Of a DNA stretch of 55,404 nucleotides, positions 8,793 to 20,351 are shown in pieces. Made by a program: the position numbers and the translations under genes. How positions within the stretch are numbered: position 1 is the stretch's first letter; every line of letters starts with the position of its first letter. Source of the stretch: Minisyncoccota bacterium (GTDB lineage: Bacteria; Patescibacteriota; Minisyncoccia; Phycocordibacterales; Phycocordibacteraceae); contig DATLTM010000023.1 in assembly GCA_035533615.1 (NCBI GenBank), positions 1 through 55,404 of the forward strand. The letters are read 5' to 3'. The notes beneath the pieces were generated by a model. The model searched no databases and was not told the DNA's origin. It was given only the letters and a program-made list of their open reading frames with translations.

Positions 8793-9191
8793 ATGGCCTA
8801 CCGCGTGTATCTTGTCGATGACGACCGATTCCTTCTCGATCTGTACGCGATCAAGTTCAAGAATGCCGGGCATGAGGTGACCGCATTTGGCAGTGGCGAA
8901 GAGCTCCTCGCCGCGCTTCGGAAGGGGGGTGCGAAAGCCCCTGACGCCATTCTTCTCGATCTCATTATGCCGGGCATTGGCGGGTTTGGAGCGCTCGAAG
9001 TGATGCGGAAAGAGCATCTCGCGTCCGCCTCGAAGATTGTCATTCTGTCGAATCAGGGCCAGGATTCCGATATTGAAAAGGCGAAGCAGTTAGCCGTCGA
9101 CGGGTACGTCATTAAGGCGTCCGCTATCCCGTCTGAAGTATTAGCAGAAACCCTGCGCACGATTGAGGCAGGTGCATCTAGACCCAAATAA
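8793..9191 (+). CDS. single-domain response regulator (CheY-like receiver)
   Basis: Contains VYLVDDD..., phospho-acceptor context LLDLIMPG, and ILSNQG...GYVIKA. There is no output domain. Confidence 0.85.
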   Translation: MAYRVYLVDDDRFLLDLYAIKFKNAGHEVTAFGSGEELLAALRKGGAKAPDAILLDLIMPGIGGFGALEVMRKEHLASASKIVILSNQGQDSDIEKAKQLAVDGYVIKASAIPSEVLAETLRTIEAGASRPK

Positions 9192-9195
9192 CAGC

Positions 9196-10257
9196 ATGGC
9201 CGCTGACAAACGTCTCTCGGAGTTTCTCGAATTCGTTGTCACGCAGGGCGGCTCGGATTTACATGTGTTCGTCGGGGGATCGCCGATGATCCGTGTTTCA
9301 GGTGCCCTGATCCCCCTTTCAAAATACGCCGCGCTTACCGCAGAGGAGACCGAGGAGATGTTGCAGTCCATCGTGCCGCCGGACCGTTGGGACTCATTCA
9401 AAAAAGATCAAACTATCGATCTTTCTTACGCGTACAAGGCAGATATGCGTTTTCGCGTGAACGGCTATCGTGTGCAGGGGGCGACCGCGATCGCGTTTCG
9501 GCTCATACCGCGCGCTATAAGCACGTTTGCCGAGCTCAATCTCCCTCCCGTACTTGAAGTATTCACGCAGCGTGAGCAGGGGTTTTTCCTGTGCGTCGGA
9601 CCAGTTGGGCAGGGTAAGTCGACGACGCTCGCGACGATGATCGATCGCATCAACGACTCTCGTGCGGAACACATTCTTACCATAGAAGATCCGGTCGAAT
9701 ATCTTTTTACACCGAAGAAGTCGCTCATCCATCAGCGCGAGATCCATATAGACACCCCTGATTTCCATACCGCACTACAGAGTGCATTCCGCGAGGACGT
9801 CGATGTCATCATGGTCGGCGAGATGCGCGACTACGAGACCATCTCCTCTGCGGTGACCGCAGCAGAGACCGGCCACCTCGTTCTTTCCACCCTTCACACC
9901 AACAACGCCGCACAGACTATCGATCGCATCATCGATATGTTTCCCGCAGAACAGCAGACGCAAGTACGCGTTCAGCTAGCAGGAAGTCTTGCTGGTATTT
10001 TTTCACAGCGCCTCATTCCGCGTATTTCTGGCGGGCTCGTTCCCGCATATGAACTTCTCATCAACAACAACGCCGTGAGTACCCTCATCCGCGAGGCGCG
10101 GACGCATGAGATCGGCACGGTTATTCAGACATCCTCGCAAGAGGGTATGATCGATATGAACCACTCACTCGCAGAACTCGTCCAACGCGGGGAGGTGACG
10201 GTCGAGCATGCGTATGAGTATTCGATGGATCCAAAGACTTTCGATCATTATCTCTAA
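9196..10257 (+). CDS. pilT: twitching-motility retraction ATPase PilT
   Basis: Contains GSDLH, Walker A GPVGQGKSTT, IMVGEMRD and HLVLSTLHTN. The ~350-aa length fits PilT. Confidence 0.9.
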   Translation: MAADKRLSEFLEFVVTQGGSDLHVFVGGSPMIRVSGALIPLSKYAALTAEETEEMLQSIVPPDRWDSFKKDQTIDLSYAYKADMRFRVNGYRVQGATAIAFRLIPRAISTFAELNLPPVLEVFTQREQGFFLCVGPVGQGKSTTLATMIDRINDSRAEHILTIEDPVEYLFTPKKSLIHQREIHIDTPDFHTALQSAFREDVDVIMVGEMRDYETISSAVTAAETGHLVLSTLHTNNAAQTIDRIIDMFPAEQQTQVRVQLAGSLAGIFSQRLIPRISGGLVPAYELLINNNAVSTLIREARTHEIGTVIQTSSQEGMIDMNHSLAELVQRGEVTVEHAYEYSMDPKTFDHYL

Positions 10258-10262
10258 CCACT

Positions 10263-11468
10263 ATGCTCTTCACCTATCACGCGATTGACTCGGACGGACA
10301 CGATCGGGACGGAACCATCGATGCTCCGTCGAAGGAAGTTGCCGTTTCAGCGCTTCAGCGGCGCAATCTCATTATCTCGGCGATCGAGTCCTCCGAGAAG
10401 CATTCGTTTCTTGAGCTCAATTTCTCGTTCTTTGGTCGCGTATCCAACAAGGATGTCGTTATCCTCTCGCGCCAGATCGCAACTCTGTTCGAGGCTCAGG
10501 TCTCCGCTCTCCGCGTCTTCCGCCTCCTCGCTTCGGAGGTTGAAAATAAGCAGCTCGCCACCGTTCTTTCTACTGTCGGAAACGATTTGCAGGGCGGGAG
10601 TCCCATCAGCAAAGCACTCGCACGCCACCCGAAAGTCTTCTCGACATTCTACGTGAATATGGTGCGAGCGGGAGAGGAATCGGGCAAGCTGTCGGAGACT
10701 TTCAACTATCTCGCCGACTATCTCGACCGTACCTACGACCTGGTGAGCAAGGCCGAGAATGCGCTCATCTATCCGATCTTCGTTATCGCGGTTTTCTTCG
10801 CCGTCATGGCACTCATGCTTACGCTTGTCATCCCGAAGATCAGCGCCGTCTTGGTTGATTCGGGCCAGCCGATACCGATCTATACGTCTATTATCATAAA
10901 TTTCTCAAATTTCCTCGTCCAATACGGCATTTTCGTTCTTATTGCACTTGTCGGGGGAGGCTTCTATATGTGGCAGCTCGGGAAGACCGAACATGGCAAG
11001 CTTGTGCTCGACAGTCTGAAGCTCAGCGTTCCCTACGTTGGTGACCTCTATAAAAAGCTCTACCTTTCGCGCATTGCGGACAACTTTTCAACCATGCTTC
11101 TTTCTGGAGTATCGGTTATTGAGGCGATTGATATCACGGGCGCGGTCGTTGGTAACGCCGCATACGAACATGTGCTTAAGGATGTGGGAGCAGATGTAAA
11201 GGGCGGATCATCCATTTCCGACGCGCTCGCGCGACATCCGGAGATTCCGGGCATCATGGTCGCGATGACGAAGGTCGGCGAAGAAACGGGCGAGCTCGGA
11301 AAGATCCTTTTGACCCTCGCAAAATTCTATAATCGCGAAGTAAAAAACGCAGTTGATACTCTCGTCGACCTTATCGAGCCTGTCATGATTGTACTTCTCG
11401 GCCTCGGTGTCGGCACCCTACTAGCCGCCGTCCTGCTTCCGATCTACAATCTTGCCGGCGCAATCTAA
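10263..11468 (+). CDS. pilC: type IV pilus platform protein PilC (GspF family)
   Basis: 401 aa with two GspF repeats (LSRQIATLFEAQVS..., LSRIADNFSTMLLSGVS...) and three TM segments. Confidence 0.9.
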   Translation: MLFTYHAIDSDGHDRDGTIDAPSKEVAVSALQRRNLIISAIESSEKHSFLELNFSFFGRVSNKDVVILSRQIATLFEAQVSALRVFRLLASEVENKQLATVLSTVGNDLQGGSPISKALARHPKVFSTFYVNMVRAGEESGKLSETFNYLADYLDRTYDLVSKAENALIYPIFVIAVFFAVMALMLTLVIPKISAVLVDSGQPIPIYTSIIINFSNFLVQYGIFVLIALVGGGFYMWQLGKTEHGKLVLDSLKLSVPYVGDLYKKLYLSRIADNFSTMLLSGVSVIEAIDITGAVVGNAAYEHVLKDVGADVKGGSSISDALARHPEIPGIMVAMTKVGEETGELGKILLTLAKFYNREVKNAVDTLVDLIEPVMIVLLGLGVGTLLAAVLLPIYNLAGAI

Positions 11469-11600
11469 ATCAAAGTGGATAAGGTCCTAGACGCGAGTTA
11501 CAATAACGCATTTCTTACCTTTTCCCCTGTTGTCCACACCCCTATTTCTTTCGGGCCCGGTATGGAGTACAATTTAGCCATTAGTCGCATACAAAATATT

Positions 11601-12044
11601 ATGTACCATAATCGTTTCCGAGGCTTCACACTCATTGAATTGCTCGTCGTTATTGCCATCATCGGTATCCTCTCGGCGGTCGTGCTCGCATCTCTCAATA
11701 CTGCTCGTAGCAAGGGCAATGACGCTGCTATCCAGTCAGACATATCGACTACCCAGACCGAAGCGGAGATTTACTATAGCGGTACCGGCGGTAATTCATA
11801 CGGCGCCACCCAATCAACCTGCTCCGGTTCGGTATTTTCCGACCCTGTGATTGTAAAGGCAGTTACCGGCATGACCGCCGCCGCTGGGGCCGTTGCGCCA
11901 ATCTGCGGCAACACGCCGACTGCATACGCGATTGAACAAAAGCTCACTGCGCCTGCTACCCTCACATACTGGTGCGTTGACTCAACTGGTGCGGCAAAGT
12001 CTGAGACCACCGCCAGTGCCGCAGGATTCACGGCTTGCCCATAG
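11601..12044 (+). CDS. type IV major pilin paralog 1 (prepilin; leader MYHNRFRG, mature N-terminus FTLIELLVV)
   Basis: Class III signal peptide G/FTLIELLVVIAIIGIL with C-terminal Cys residues. The start is taken at ATG 11601 rather than the upstream GTG in the ORF track. Confidence 0.85.
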   Translation: MYHNRFRGFTLIELLVVIAIIGILSAVVLASLNTARSKGNDAAIQSDISTTQTEAEIYYSGTGGNSYGATQSTCSGSVFSDPVIVKAVTGMTAAAGAVAPICGNTPTAYAIEQKLTAPATLTYWCVDSTGAAKSETTASAAGFTACP

Positions 12045-12060
12045 CAAATGAATAAGTAGT

Positions 12061-12513
12061 ATGTATGTTGAAAAAAAACGAGGCTTCACCCTCATCGAAT
12101 TGCTCGTCGTAATCGCCATCATCGGCATTCTCTCGGCGGTCGTGCTCGCATCTCTCAATACTGCTCGTAGCAAGGGCAATGATGCGGCCATTATGTCGGA
12201 TGTAGACGGTATTCGGACTCAGGCTGGGATTTATAGCAGCACGAATGGTAATTACGGCACGAACAGCACTGTCGAGAGCAACTGCGCCGCAACCGACAAT
12301 CTTTTTAGCGATCCAACGGTCGTGGAACAAGTAGCAGCGGCTCAAAAGGCAAATAGCGGCGGTACCATAACCTGTAACGTCGATGCGAATGGCGCCGCGT
12401 TTGCGGTGTCGGCCGCGCTCACCGCTGTGCCCGGAACCTACTACTGTGTCGACAGCACAGGTACGGCGACGACGACTATGACCGCACTCGGTTCTACCGC
12501 CGTGCACTGCTAA
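12061..12513 (+). CDS. type IV major pilin paralog 2 (leader MYVEKKRG, mature N-terminus FTLIELLVV)
   Basis: The first ~40 mature residues are the same as in paralog 1 and the C-terminal domain is divergent. Confidence 0.85.
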   Translation: MYVEKKRGFTLIELLVVIAIIGILSAVVLASLNTARSKGNDAAIMSDVDGIRTQAGIYSSTNGNYGTNSTVESNCAATDNLFSDPTVVEQVAAAQKANSGGTITCNVDANGAAFAVSAALTAVPGTYYCVDSTGTATTTMTALGSTAVHC

Positions 12514-12539
12514 ACTAGGAGGGAAGGAATGCATAGATC

Positions 12540-12568
12540 AAGAACCCGCGGTCAGTCCGCGGGTTCTT
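12540..12568 (+). terminator. 12-bp perfect hairpin AAGAACCCGCGG-TCAGT-CCGCGGGTTCTT downstream of the pilin genes (no clear U-tract)
   Basis: Arms read directly. It lies 27 nt after the pilin-2 stop and just before the pilD -10 box. Confidence 0.45.
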
Positions 12569-12570
12569 GC

Positions 12571-12576
12571 TATACT
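12571..12576 (+). promoter_or_regulatory. putative -10 hexamer TATACT, 6 nt before the pilD ATG
   Basis: Read directly: TGCTATACTGAGCGTATG. Confidence 0.4.
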
Positions 12577-12582
12577 GAGCGT

Positions 12583-13347
12583 ATGATTTTCCTCTCGCTG
12601 GTTGCTCTATTTGTGCTCGGCGCAATTGTCGCAAGCTTTATCGGCGTGATCGTCGCGCGTCTAAATACCGGCCAAAGTTTTCTCGTCGGCCGGTCGCGCT
12701 GCGATGCGTGCAATACTCAGCTCCCGTCCTCTGCGCTCATTCCGGTTGTTTCGTACGTTATTTCGGGAGGGCGCGCGACCTGCTGCGGCGCACGCCTCTC
12801 TTTGAAGGCCCCACTCGCTGAATTATTGCTGGGCGCTCTTTTTATGGTTGCGTATCTCACGCTCGGTCCCATTCCCGCGCTCCCGCTTATGCTGCTTGCA
12901 CTCTCGGTGCTTCTGGCGCTCGTACTCTACGATCTCGCTCACCAGATACTCCCGTTTGCGCTCCTCGTCGTTTTCATCGCGGTGAGTGCCGCGACCGGTT
13001 TTGCACTCGCTCCTTCTCCGCTCGCCTTCGTCTATACACTTCCCACGGCGCTGCTTCTCTCCCTCTTCCTCGCGCTTATCCACTTTGCGTCGCGCGGCCG
13101 CGCGATGGGGTTCGCCGATGCGCCATTTTCCTTCGGTCTCGCGATTCTTACCGGTGCCGCCGCGTTTCCTGGCTTTATTTTTTCATTTTGGATCGGTGCG
13201 CTTATTGGGATAATGCTGTTGTTACGCAGGCCTCGTGGCTCTAGAATGGGTGGTGAGGTACCGTTCGCTCCTTTTTTAGCGGCGGGCTTTCTTCTCGCGT
13301 ACTTTACCCAATGGAACCCTTTCATCTTCGTTTCAGCACTGCACTAA
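12583..13347 (+). CDS. pilD: prepilin peptidase PilD (A24 family)
   Basis: N-terminal Cys motif CDAC...CCGARL, polytopic membrane topology and FADAPF-type aspartate motifs. The start is taken at MIFLSL. Confidence 0.85.
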   Translation: MIFLSLVALFVLGAIVASFIGVIVARLNTGQSFLVGRSRCDACNTQLPSSALIPVVSYVISGGRATCCGARLSLKAPLAELLLGALFMVAYLTLGPIPALPLMLLALSVLLALVLYDLAHQILPFALLVVFIAVSAATGFALAPSPLAFVYTLPTALLLSLFLALIHFASRGRAMGFADAPFSFGLAILTGAAAFPGFIFSFWIGALIGIMLLLRRPRGSRMGGEVPFAPFLAAGFLLAYFTQWNPFIFVSALH

Positions 13348-14078
13348 AAGCTTTTAGTGCCGGATTCACTTCCAAGCACGTAAGTCAAAGAGGAGATTCC
13401 GATTTCTTTTTTGTGAACGAGCGCAGGGAGCAAGTCCGGTCTTCCGGGTTTACGTTGGTTGAACTTTTGGTTGTGCTGGCAATTATGATTATCATCACGA
13501 CGATTGCGCTCACGAGTCAGAGTTCTTTTAATAAGACGCTGATACTCGCGAATACGGCATACGATATCGGACTCACGCTGCGTTCTGCGGAGATTTTCGG
13601 CATCGGCAGCCGCGCGCTTGAAACCTCGGCGAATACAGGGTACGGCATTCATTTCACGATGGGGAATTCTCTCACCTTATTTGCCGACGTGTATCCGTCG
13701 GTTGGGAGCAATCCTTCCACGCTTTGTCATTCACCGCCCTCGTACGACCCGACGGGGCCGAGCGCGGAACCAGGTAACTGCGCGTATGATCCTGGTCTTG
13801 ATACGGTTGTACAGACCTATACGCTCGGGAATGGCATCGTCGTGAGCGATTTCTGCGCGTATGCTAGCGGTAGCGAATCGTGTGCGGTCGCACATGGCGG
13901 TGGATTGTCGTCGCTCGATGTTGTATTTGCACGCCCGAATCCGATTCCGTTTATAACGGCGAACGGCGCACCATATACGAGTGCGTGTGTCACCGTTACT
14001 TCACCCCAGGGCGGATTTCGCTACGTTTCGGTTGCCGCTTCGGGAGAAATAACTGCGAATGCTACTTCATGCCCATGA
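13311..14078 (+). CDS. minor pilin / pseudopilin with an unusually long leader (cleavage motif SSG-FTLVELLVV)
   Basis: Class III signal motif GFTLVELLVVLAIMIII. The upstream in-frame peptide carries an SDFFF motif conserved with gene 14603. The start could instead be GTG 13413. Confidence 0.7.
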   Translation: MEPFHLRFSTALKAFSAGFTSKHVSQRGDSDFFFVNERREQVRSSGFTLVELLVVLAIMIIITTIALTSQSSFNKTLILANTAYDIGLTLRSAEIFGIGSRALETSANTGYGIHFTMGNSLTLFADVYPSVGSNPSTLCHSPPSYDPTGPSAEPGNCAYDPGLDTVVQTYTLGNGIVVSDFCAYASGSESCAVAHGGGLSSLDVVFARPNPIPFITANGAPYTSACVTVTSPQGGFRYVSVAASGEITANATSCP

Positions 14079-14599
14079 AACCCGCATCGGCAAATGGATA
14101 CACGCTCATCGAACTCATCATCGCTGTCGGACTTTTTGCGCTCGTCATGACGCTTGCATCGGGCGCCTACCTCTTGGTAATCGGTATCGAGCGGCAGACT
14201 CAAGGAATCACGACCGGTATCGATAACCTCTCCTTCGCGCTTGAGACTATGACGCGTATCATCCGCACTGGCACGAACTACTCCTGCAATGACGTAGGAG
14301 ACTGTACGGCAGGCGGCTCTACCTTTTCGGTAAAAGATCAGAACGGCGTCACGCAGTCGTTCACCCTTTCAGGCGGCGTGATAATGCAAAATACCAATAT
14401 TCCACTCACCGATCCGTCGTCTGTTACTATCTCATCGCTCATGTTCTACGTTTCTGGCACAGGAACATATACTGCAACGGGCGATATCAATCAGCCGCAT
14501 GTCACCATTATCGTTTCTGGCACGGTTTCGGCCGGCCCCGGGAAGTCCCAAGCATTTTCAGTTGAGACCGGAGCGACGATGCGCGGTACCGATCTGTAA
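14075..14599 (+). CDS. minor pilin / pseudopilin (MKPASANG-YTLIELIIAV)
   Basis: The ATG overlaps the upstream stop (ATGA). It has an N-terminal methylation-type motif followed by a hydrophobic helix. Confidence 0.75.
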   Translation: MKPASANGYTLIELIIAVGLFALVMTLASGAYLLVIGIERQTQGITTGIDNLSFALETMTRIIRTGTNYSCNDVGDCTAGGSTFSVKDQNGVTQSFTLSGGVIMQNTNIPLTDPSSVTISSLMFYVSGTGTYTATGDINQPHVTIIVSGTVSAGPGKSQAFSVETGATMRGTDL

Positions 14600-14602
14600 A
14601 TT

Positions 14603-15246
14603 ATGGGAAAGGCCTTTATCACCAAGCGAGAGAATAAAAAGAGGAATTCCGATTTCTCTTTTACAGATAAGCGCGGAAAGCACCATCAGCACTATTCCTA
14701 TAGTGCAGGATTCACTCTTATCGAGACTATGGTCGCGATAGCGATTCTGACGCTCTCGATTGCGGGACCTCTGTATGCCGCAAGTCGCGCTATTGTCGCC
14801 GCGCAAACCGCAAATGAGCAGCTCACTGCTTCGTATCTTGCGCAAGAGGGAATCGAGTACGTGCGCATGATGCGCGATGACGAATATTTGCACGCGTATA
14901 GCTTGGGTGGCACAAACGTATCGAGCACGGCCTGGACCAATTTTCTGACAGATCCGCCGTCAGATACTTCCGCCATCACCCAGTGTATTGCGCCAAACGA
15001 GTGTACGCTCGATCCACTGTCGCCTACATCGCCAATTACACAGTGCCCGTCTGGCGGTTGCACCGCGCCGCTCTATCTTCTTTCAAATGGCGCGTATTCT
15101 GAGTCGGGGACGGGGACACTCACAGCATTCTCGCGTTCCATCCAAGCGGTAACCGTCTCTCCGACCGATGAGCGCATCATATGCACCGTATCCTGGAGTT
15201 TCCACGGCGTCCCGTATTCGGTAACGATTCGCGACCATCTCACACC

Positions 15247-15256
<10 letters not shown>
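14603..15256 (+). CDS. minor pilin / pseudopilin with a long (~36 aa) leader (..YSYSAG-FTLIETMVAIAIL)
   Basis: Class III signal motif. No in-frame start lies closer to the cleavage site than ATG 14603. Confidence 0.7.
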
Positions 15257-17815
<2,559 letters not shown>

Positions 17816-17828
17816 TACAGTTTAAGGA

Positions 17829-18122
17829 ATGGCGATAGCGGAAGAAGTTAAGAAATTGGCGGCGCTGGCCCGCATCAGGGTTAATGACGCGGAGCTTGGG
17901 AAGTTCGCGAGCGAATTCGACGCGATACTCGCATATGTTGGTCAACTTGAGACGCTCGATCTTGCACACCGTTTTAAAAGGGAGAGCCCGCTCTTGGAGA
18001 ATGTCATGCGCGAGGATAGTGATCCTCATCCGTCTGGATCTTATACTGAAAAACTCGTCGCGCAATTTCCCGCACGCAACGAAGGTGCACTTTCGGTAAA
18101 GCGGATTATCTCTCATGACTGA
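17829..18122 (+). CDS. gatC: Asp/Glu-tRNA amidotransferase subunit C
   Basis: 97 aa containing VKKLAALARIRVNDAELGKFASEFDAILAYVGQL. It overlaps the gatA start. Confidence 0.85.
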   Translation: MAIAEEVKKLAALARIRVNDAELGKFASEFDAILAYVGQLETLDLAHRFKRESPLLENVMREDSDPHPSGSYTEKLVAQFPARNEGALSVKRIISHD

Positions 18123-19581
18123 AAAGCCGAATGAAATGACAATCAGAGAAGCGGCCCGCGCGCTTCGCGCGAGAGAGTGCTCTGTACGCGAACTCTGGGA
18201 CGCTTGCATTGAAGCGGCCAAGGAGCGGAATCCCGAATTGCGCGCGTATTTGGAGATCTTCAGCGCAGACGATGCGGCTATCGCAGCCGCCCAGAAACGC
18301 ATCGATGCCGAAGGCGAACAAGCTCCAGCTCTCTGCGGCATCCCACTCGCTATAAAAGATAATATTTTAATAGAGGGAAAGACGGCGAGCGCGGCGAGCA
18401 AGATGCTCGAGAACTACACCGCGACGTATGACGCGACGGTCATTTCAAAGTTGAAATCACAGAACGCGCTCTTTCTCGGGCGCACCAATATGGATGAATT
18501 CGCTATGGGCTCTTCCACCGAACATTCGGCGTTTGGTCCGACGAAGAATCCTCTTGATACCGCGCGTGTGCCAGGCGGCTCTTCGGGCGGCTCCGCAGCC
18601 GCGGTTGTCGCTCATATGGCTATCGCCGCGCTCGGTTCTGATACCGGAGGTTCTATCCGTCAACCAGCCGCGTTCACCGGTATTGCGGGATTGAAGCCGA
18701 CATACGGCGCTGTCTCGCGTGCGGGGCTTATCGCGCTTGGCTCCTCGCTTGATCAGATCGGCCCCTTGGCGAAGACGGCAGGCGATGCCCGTATCCTTTA
18801 TGAAGCGATCCGCGGAAGGGACACGCTCGATTCGACGACTATCCCCGATGGTCTCTATCCAGTCCGTGATGTTCCCGGGCGGATGCGTGTCGGCGTGCCA
18901 CGGCATCTTCTCGGCGAGGGTGTCGATGCAGACGTGCGCGCCGCATTCGATACCGCGCTTGATTCTCTTGCGCGCGCTGGCCATGCACTTGTTGATGTTG
19001 AGCTGCCGACGAGCATACACGCGCTTGCGGCATATTACGTCATTATGCCTGCTGAAGCCTCGACAAATCTTGCGCGGCTCGATGGCATTCGCTACGGACA
19101 TGCGCCACGTGGGGAAACATTGCTTGATGATTATCTACTTGCACGGACCGAAGGATTTGGGGAGGAGACACGCCGCCGCATCCTGCTCGGCACTTTTGCG
19201 CTCTCTTCCGGCTACATCGACGCGTATTACCGCAAGGCGGATGCCGCGCGCGCAGTTCTGCGACAGGAATACGACGATGCTTTTCAGAAGACCGACATTA
19301 TTGCGTTCCCGACGACACCGACTCCCGCGTTTGCATTCGGCGAGAAAAGCGATCCTCTCGCGATGTATCTCGGGGATATCTTTACTATCACGGCAAATCT
19401 TACCGGGATGCCGGCGCTATCCGTTCCAATGGGTCTTGTTGAACGCGCTGGGAAACGACTCCCCGTCGGCATCCACTTCACTGCGCCGCACCAGGCAGAG
19501 GACGTTCTCTTTGCCCTCGCCGACGAGGTTAGCTTTTCAGATAAAGCTTCTTTTCCGCGCTCGCCTGAAGCGAATGCATAA
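18115..19581 (+). CDS. gatA: Asp/Glu-tRNA amidotransferase subunit A (amidase signature)
   Basis: Contains GIPLAIKDNI, MDEFAMGSSTE and GGSSGGSAAAV...GSDTGGSIRQPA. Confidence 0.95.
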   Translation: MTEKPNEMTIREAARALRARECSVRELWDACIEAAKERNPELRAYLEIFSADDAAIAAAQKRIDAEGEQAPALCGIPLAIKDNILIEGKTASAASKMLENYTATYDATVISKLKSQNALFLGRTNMDEFAMGSSTEHSAFGPTKNPLDTARVPGGSSGGSAAAVVAHMAIAALGSDTGGSIRQPAAFTGIAGLKPTYGAVSRAGLIALGSSLDQIGPLAKTAGDARILYEAIRGRDTLDSTTIPDGLYPVRDVPGRMRVGVPRHLLGEGVDADVRAAFDTALDSLARAGHALVDVELPTSIHALAAYYVIMPAEASTNLARLDGIRYGHAPRGETLLDDYLLARTEGFGEETRRRILLGTFALSSGYIDAYYRKADAARAVLRQEYDDAFQKTDIIAFPTTPTPAFAFGEKSDPLAMYLGDIFTITANLTGMPALSVPMGLVERAGKRLPVGIHFTAPHQAEDVLFALADEVSFSDKASFPRSPEANA

Positions 19582-19647
19582 AGAATGCGTTCGTTACTTG
19601 GTTCGCTTGATAGTGGAGAAAGCGCTCTAATGCTACCCGCACCAGCG

Positions 19648-19653
19648 TATACT
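19648..19653 (+). promoter_or_regulatory. putative -10 hexamer TATACT, 8 nt before ATG 19662
   Basis: Read directly. Confidence 0.4.
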
Positions 19654-19661
19654 AGACGCAT

Positions 19662-20237
19662 ATGCAGCCAGGCAATCAGGCCAATGTTGAGTATTGGTTC
19701 CGACTTCTCTATGACTGTCTTCGCGGAGCGTGCTATGGATCAATGGCAGGATTTTCAGCTTTCTTCGCTAATCTTTGGCTTTGGATCATCGGCATCGGGT
19801 ACCTGCTCTCGGTTGTCGCGCTCGTCGTGATCGTATATTGCACCGTACGTCTCTTTGATCTGCGCAGACGTGAAGAGGAGTATTACGGCACGCCACTTCT
19901 CGCGCCTGACACCGAGAGCGGCGGGCATCCGCGTTGGAGGAACATCTCATCGCTTGCAGATGGCGCGGCTCCAAGCGGGTGGCGCGAGGCAATCATCGAG
20001 GCCGATATTATGCTCGATGAAATGCTAACGGAACAAGGTTATACCGGCGAGAGTGTTGGTGAAAAACTCAAGAGTGTCGAACGGTCAGATTTCACTACGC
20101 TTCAAGACGCGTGGGAAGCGCACAAGGTACGGAATCAAATAGCGCACGAAGGTTCAGCTTTCAATCTTTCTGCAGAACTCACACGCCGTACCATAGCGCG
20201 CTATGAATCTGTCTTCCGCGAGTTCAAGATAATCTAG
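19662..20237 (+). CDS. membrane-anchored protein with a C-terminal HEPN-like (DUF4145-like) RNxxxH motif
   Basis: TM helix LWLWIIGIGYLLSVVALVVIVY. The C-terminal helical domain ends ...AWEAHKVRNQIAHEG. The family assignment is from memory and was not searched. Confidence 0.6.
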   Translation: MQPGNQANVEYWFRLLYDCLRGACYGSMAGFSAFFANLWLWIIGIGYLLSVVALVVIVYCTVRLFDLRRREEEYYGTPLLAPDTESGGHPRWRNISSLADGAAPSGWREAIIEADIMLDEMLTEQGYTGESVGEKLKSVERSDFTTLQDAWEAHKVRNQIAHEGSAFNLSAELTRRTIARYESVFREFKII

Positions 20238-20351
20238 GTTGCAGAGCTCCTACGAATAGGTATAGTACTCGTAACAGCGAGGTAGAGGAGAGTCGCGCCT
20301 CGCGATGGGAGGGCATACGCGAAGTTGTTTTTGCGTGAGTTAGAATTATAT

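Noticed and set aside
12529-12582. ORF-track start for pilD at 12529
   Set aside because: The first 18 codons overlap a 12-bp perfect hairpin and the TATACT box. The internal ATG 12583 (MIFLSL) sits 6 nt after the -10 box and gives a normal PilD N-terminus.
20276-20340. Possible second tRNA upstream of tRNA-Met
   Set aside because: Only the first ~17 nt and a D-arm-like segment resemble a tRNA. No anticodon arm with a 7-nt loop, T arm or acceptor 3' strand can be folded. It is reported instead as a fragment or leader structure.
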